Part shown: one piece after another, positions 25,770 to 28,344 of the stretch
How the letters are laid out: each line of letters starts with the position of its first letter
Position numbering within the stretch: position 1 is the stretch's first letter
NCBI GenBank assembly: GCA_037446635.1
Contig: JBBIIG010000054.1
Coordinates: 1-28,344, forward strand
Direction of reading: 5' to 3'
Source of the DNA: a bacterium
Lineage (GTDB): Bacteria > Zhuqueibacterota > Zhuqueibacteria > Oceanimicrobiales > Oceanimicrobiaceae
DNA: 28,344 bases
Made by a program: the position numbers and the translations under genes
The notes under the pieces: model-generated
What the model saw: only the letters and a program-made list of their open reading frames with translations
The model's database searches: none
What the model was told of the DNA's origin: nothing

Positions 25770-27041
25770 ATGAAGAACGGGCATCTCCCAAAAATTCTCG
25801 TCACCGACGCCGGCCGCGGCAGCGCCGTCGCCATCATCCGCTCGCTGGGACGCAAAGGCTACCGGGTGGTCGCCGCTGACGCGAATCCCAAAAGCCTCGG
25901 TTTTCGATCGCGCTACGCCCATGAATCACTGGTTTATCCCGCGCCCGAAACTCACCCCGATGAATTTTGTGACGCGATGCTGCGCGCCGTGAAAACTCTC
26001 GGCGTCGATTTGATCATCCCCGTTACGGATTTGACGCAACAGCCGCTGGCTCACGCCCGCGCTGAGTTTGCCGGCAAATGCCGGCTCGCCATCGCCAACC
26101 CGGAAGCGCTGGCAGTGGTAACGGACAAAGATAAAACGGTGGAGCTGGCGCAGCAATTGGGCGTGCCGGTGCCGAAAACGTTTACCGTTTACACTGCGGC
26201 CGAAGCGCAGGCGGTTGCCGCTGAGCTGGGCTGGCCGGTGGTGCTCAAGCCGCAAATTTCGCGGCTGCTGCGCGAAGGCGAGGGCATCGAAAAATACAAA
26301 GTGACCTACGCCGGCAACTCGGATGAATTGGCGAAAACCATGAGTGAGTTGGAGGGCCGCTGCGCCGTGCTGTTGCAGCGCTATCTTCCCGGCGAGGGCC
26401 ACGGCGTCGAGTTGCTGCTGCACGAAGGGCGTCCGCTGGCGGCATTTCAACACCATCGTTTGCGGGAAGTGCCGGTGACCGGCGGCCCGAGCTCCTACCG
26501 CGAGAGTTTTCGCCTCGATCCGCAACTGTACGATTACTCTGTCCGCTTGCTGAGTGCGCTGCGCTGGACCGGTCTGGCGATGGTGGAATTCAAAGTGGGC
26601 GTGGGCCGCGCCGAGTTGATGGAAATTAACGGCCGAGTTTGGGGATCGCTGCCGCTGGCGGTCGCTAGCGGCATGGATTTTCCGGCGCTGTTGGCCCAGC
26701 TCCATTTTGAAGGGCCAACCGCCATCACTCCGAATTTGAACTCCAACTACAAAATTGGTTTGAAGTGCCGCGATCTTGGTCGCGATTTTTCGTGGATGGT
26801 CAAAGTTTTGGCGCAGCAGCGGCCGCACAAATATTTGAAATTTCCGGGGCGGGCGCAGGCGGTTGCCGCCTTTTGCGGACTTTTTAATCCGTTGAACAAA
26901 TTTGATCTTTTGAGTTGGAGGGACCCGCTGCCGGGATTGTTGGAGCTGCCGGTGATTTACAAAAAATTTTGGCAGAAGAAAATTGCGGCCAAAAGAAAGA
27001 TAGCGGATGTTCATTATCAGGCAGAGATGGAGGAAGATTGA
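25770..27041 (+). CDS. ATP-grasp (carboxylate-amine ligase) protein
   Basis: DK..T..LA...GVPVPKT, WPVVLKP, LQRYLPG, MVEFK, LMEINGRVWGS. Confidence 0.9.
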   Translation: MKNGHLPKILVTDAGRGSAVAIIRSLGRKGYRVVAADANPKSLGFRSRYAHESLVYPAPETHPDEFCDAMLRAVKTLGVDLIIPVTDLTQQPLAHARAEFAGKCRLAIANPEALAVVTDKDKTVELAQQLGVPVPKTFTVYTAAEAQAVAAELGWPVVLKPQISRLLREGEGIEKYKVTYAGNSDELAKTMSELEGRCAVLLQRYLPGEGHGVELLLHEGRPLAAFQHHRLREVPVTGGPSSYRESFRLDPQLYDYSVRLLSALRWTGLAMVEFKVGVGRAELMEINGRVWGSLPLAVASGMDFPALLAQLHFEGPTAITPNLNSNYKIGLKCRDLGRDFSWMVKVLAQQRPHKYLKFPGRAQAVAAFCGLFNPLNKFDLLSWRDPLPGLLELPVIYKKFWQKKIAAKRKIADVHYQAEMEED

Positions 27042-27076
27042 GAGTAACCTGTGTTTTCGCTGTGCTCCTCCTCAAG

Positions 27077-27170
27077 TGTCATTTCGAGGCGAAGCGCAGC
27101 GAAGCCGAGAATCTGAGATAGAACTTTACGCGCGTTACCAGATTTTTATGAGAGCGAAGCGGGGCTTCGC
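27077..27170. repeat. TGTCATTTCGAG...GAGAATCT-type palindromic repeat remnant
   Basis: tgtcatttcgaggcgaagcgcagcgaagccgagaatctg ... cagatt. gcgaagc occurs three times. Perfect hairpin gcgaagc-ggg-gcttcgc at 27154-27170. Confidence 0.55.
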
Positions 27171-27242
27171 GTTACAATTTTACATTTCCCAATGAAATTT
27201 TTGAACGAGCTAATTTAAAAGACTCTTGCGATTTTGAATTTT

Positions 27243-28208
27243 ATGAAATTACTACGCATCCTCACCTACCACCGCGTCGCGAACCTCAGCGACACCCCGC
27301 ACCTTCATCCGGGGCTCATCAGCGCCACGCCGGCGCGGTTCGCCGAGCAGATGAAATTTCTGAAAGATCGCTATCGTGTTATTCACATGGAACAAGCAGT
27401 GGATGCGTTGCAAAACGGCAAATCACTGCCGAAAGGCGCGACGCTCATTACTTTCGATGACGGTTATCGAGATTTTGCCGAAAACGCCTGGCCCGTCCTC
27501 AAAAGTTTCGGTTTCCCGGCCACGCTGTTCGTCCCGACCGCCTATCCCGATCAGCCGCAGCGAAGATTCTGGTGGGATAAGCTGTATCAAGTAATTGTGT
27601 CATCGCGAGCGAGCGCAGCGATCCCGCAGGGGTGGGATGACTTCGGCAAAGAGCGCCTGACCACGACAGGAGACCCACGGCACATACTCAAGCAGATCCA
27701 AAGCCGCGTGAAAACTCTGCCGCACGAACAAGCAATGGCGCTGGTAGATGAACTTTACGAAACCGCCGCGACTAAATCGAACGGCGCGCCGGCTGTCCTC
27801 GGCTGGGATGAGTTGCGCCGGCTCGCCAAAGAAGGCGCGACCCTCGGCGCGCACACCCAGACCCATCCGATTTTGACGCGCGTCTCGCCCGAGGTTGCCC
27901 GTAAAGAAATCGCCGGCTCGCAGGAAGATTTACAGCGGGAAATCGGCGCCACCTTGCCGATTTTCTCCTATCCCGATGGCGGCCACAACGATACGATTGT
28001 GCAGATTCTGATTGAGGAAGGTTTCGTCCTGGGGTTCAATGGGCCAACCGGTGTGAACGATTTGCGATCGTGCGATCCATTCCGGCTGCGGCGCATCAAC
28101 ATCACGCCCAAATCCTCGCCGTTGATTTTTCAGCTGCGACTGACGCGTTGGTTCGGAGAAGTGGAGAAGATGCGGTTGAAAAAGCGCATCAAAGAAATTA
28201 GTTATTGA
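27243..28208 (+). CDS. Polysaccharide deacetylase (NodB/CE4 family)
   Basis: ILTYHRV, ITFDDGY, ATLFVPT, GAHTQTHPIL, FSYPDG. Confidence 0.92.
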   Translation: MKLLRILTYHRVANLSDTPHLHPGLISATPARFAEQMKFLKDRYRVIHMEQAVDALQNGKSLPKGATLITFDDGYRDFAENAWPVLKSFGFPATLFVPTAYPDQPQRRFWWDKLYQVIVSSRASAAIPQGWDDFGKERLTTTGDPRHILKQIQSRVKTLPHEQAMALVDELYETAATKSNGAPAVLGWDELRRLAKEGATLGAHTQTHPILTRVSPEVARKEIAGSQEDLQREIGATLPIFSYPDGGHNDTIVQILIEEGFVLGFNGPTGVNDLRSCDPFRLRRINITPKSSPLIFQLRLTRWFGEVEKMRLKKRIKEISY

Positions 28209-28215
28209 TTGAAAC

Positions 28216-28245
28216 CGTCGGGGCGTATCGCAATACACCCCAACG
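28216..28245. repeat. REP-like palindrome (GTAGGGGCG...CGCCCCTAC-like, degenerate)
   Basis: cgtcggggcgtat-cgca-atacaccccaacg, 11/13 paired. The leading aaccgt[c/a]gggg recurs at 28282. Confidence 0.65.
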
Positions 28246-28289
28246 CCGGACATCCCTCGGCGTAGATGGTTCGACTATATTAACCGTAG

Positions 28290-28344
28290 GGGGCTGTCTA
28301 AAAAGGTCAGTCTATATGAATTTTGATAAAATAGAAATTGAAGC
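28290..28344. mobile_element. Possible left end of an IS or MITE running off the window
   Basis: ggggctgtctaaaaaggt resembles IS1182/IS5-type terminal repeats as I recall them. It is followed by AT-rich sequence. No transposase is visible in the window. Confidence 0.3.

Noticed and set aside
25926..27014. 362-aa minus-strand ORF
   Set aside because: Antisense shadow of the ATP-grasp gene, with no motifs.
6821..28208. Recurrent Asn-Gly(-His) in termini and linkers of many proteins (TNGHY, INGHS, KNGHL, NANGS)
   Set aside because: NG is common in turns and enrichment cannot be shown without a background count.
13591..28307. Transposon bounded by the two IS-end-like 18-mers
   Set aside because: The ends face outward, match only 15/18, and no transposase lies in the window.

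Overview
All 22 credible CDSs are on the + strand and form an operon-like bacterial surface-polysaccharide locus of the Wzx/Wzy type. The first gene is cut by the left edge, and the locus may extend further. Core genes are a flippase, a Wzy/O-antigen-ligase-family membrane protein, one GT4 glycosyltransferase and the heptose genes hddA and gmhA. Most other genes look like tailoring enzymes: a CotH-kinase/beta-helix fusion and a membrane-anchored beta-helix paralogue, an HprK-like P-loop kinase, two sulfotransferases, a PhoA-type phosphatase, a Tat-exported metallophosphoesterase, an ATP-grasp ligase and a NodB deacetylase. There is also a duplicated module (methyltransferase-like, APH-like kinase, thymidylate-kinase-like, with or without a nucleotidyltransferase-like domain), present once fused and once split. 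The most unusual gene is a pyruvate-kinase barrel fused to an ATP-sulfurylase (Sat) fold whose sulfate-binding motifs are substituted. It heads a block with two sulfotransferases and a CPA2 antiporter, and no APS kinase is present in the window. Most larger intergenic gaps hold palindromic REP-like elements of several kinds, and a possible IS end lies at the right edge. All calls come from reading motifs by eye; no searches were run.
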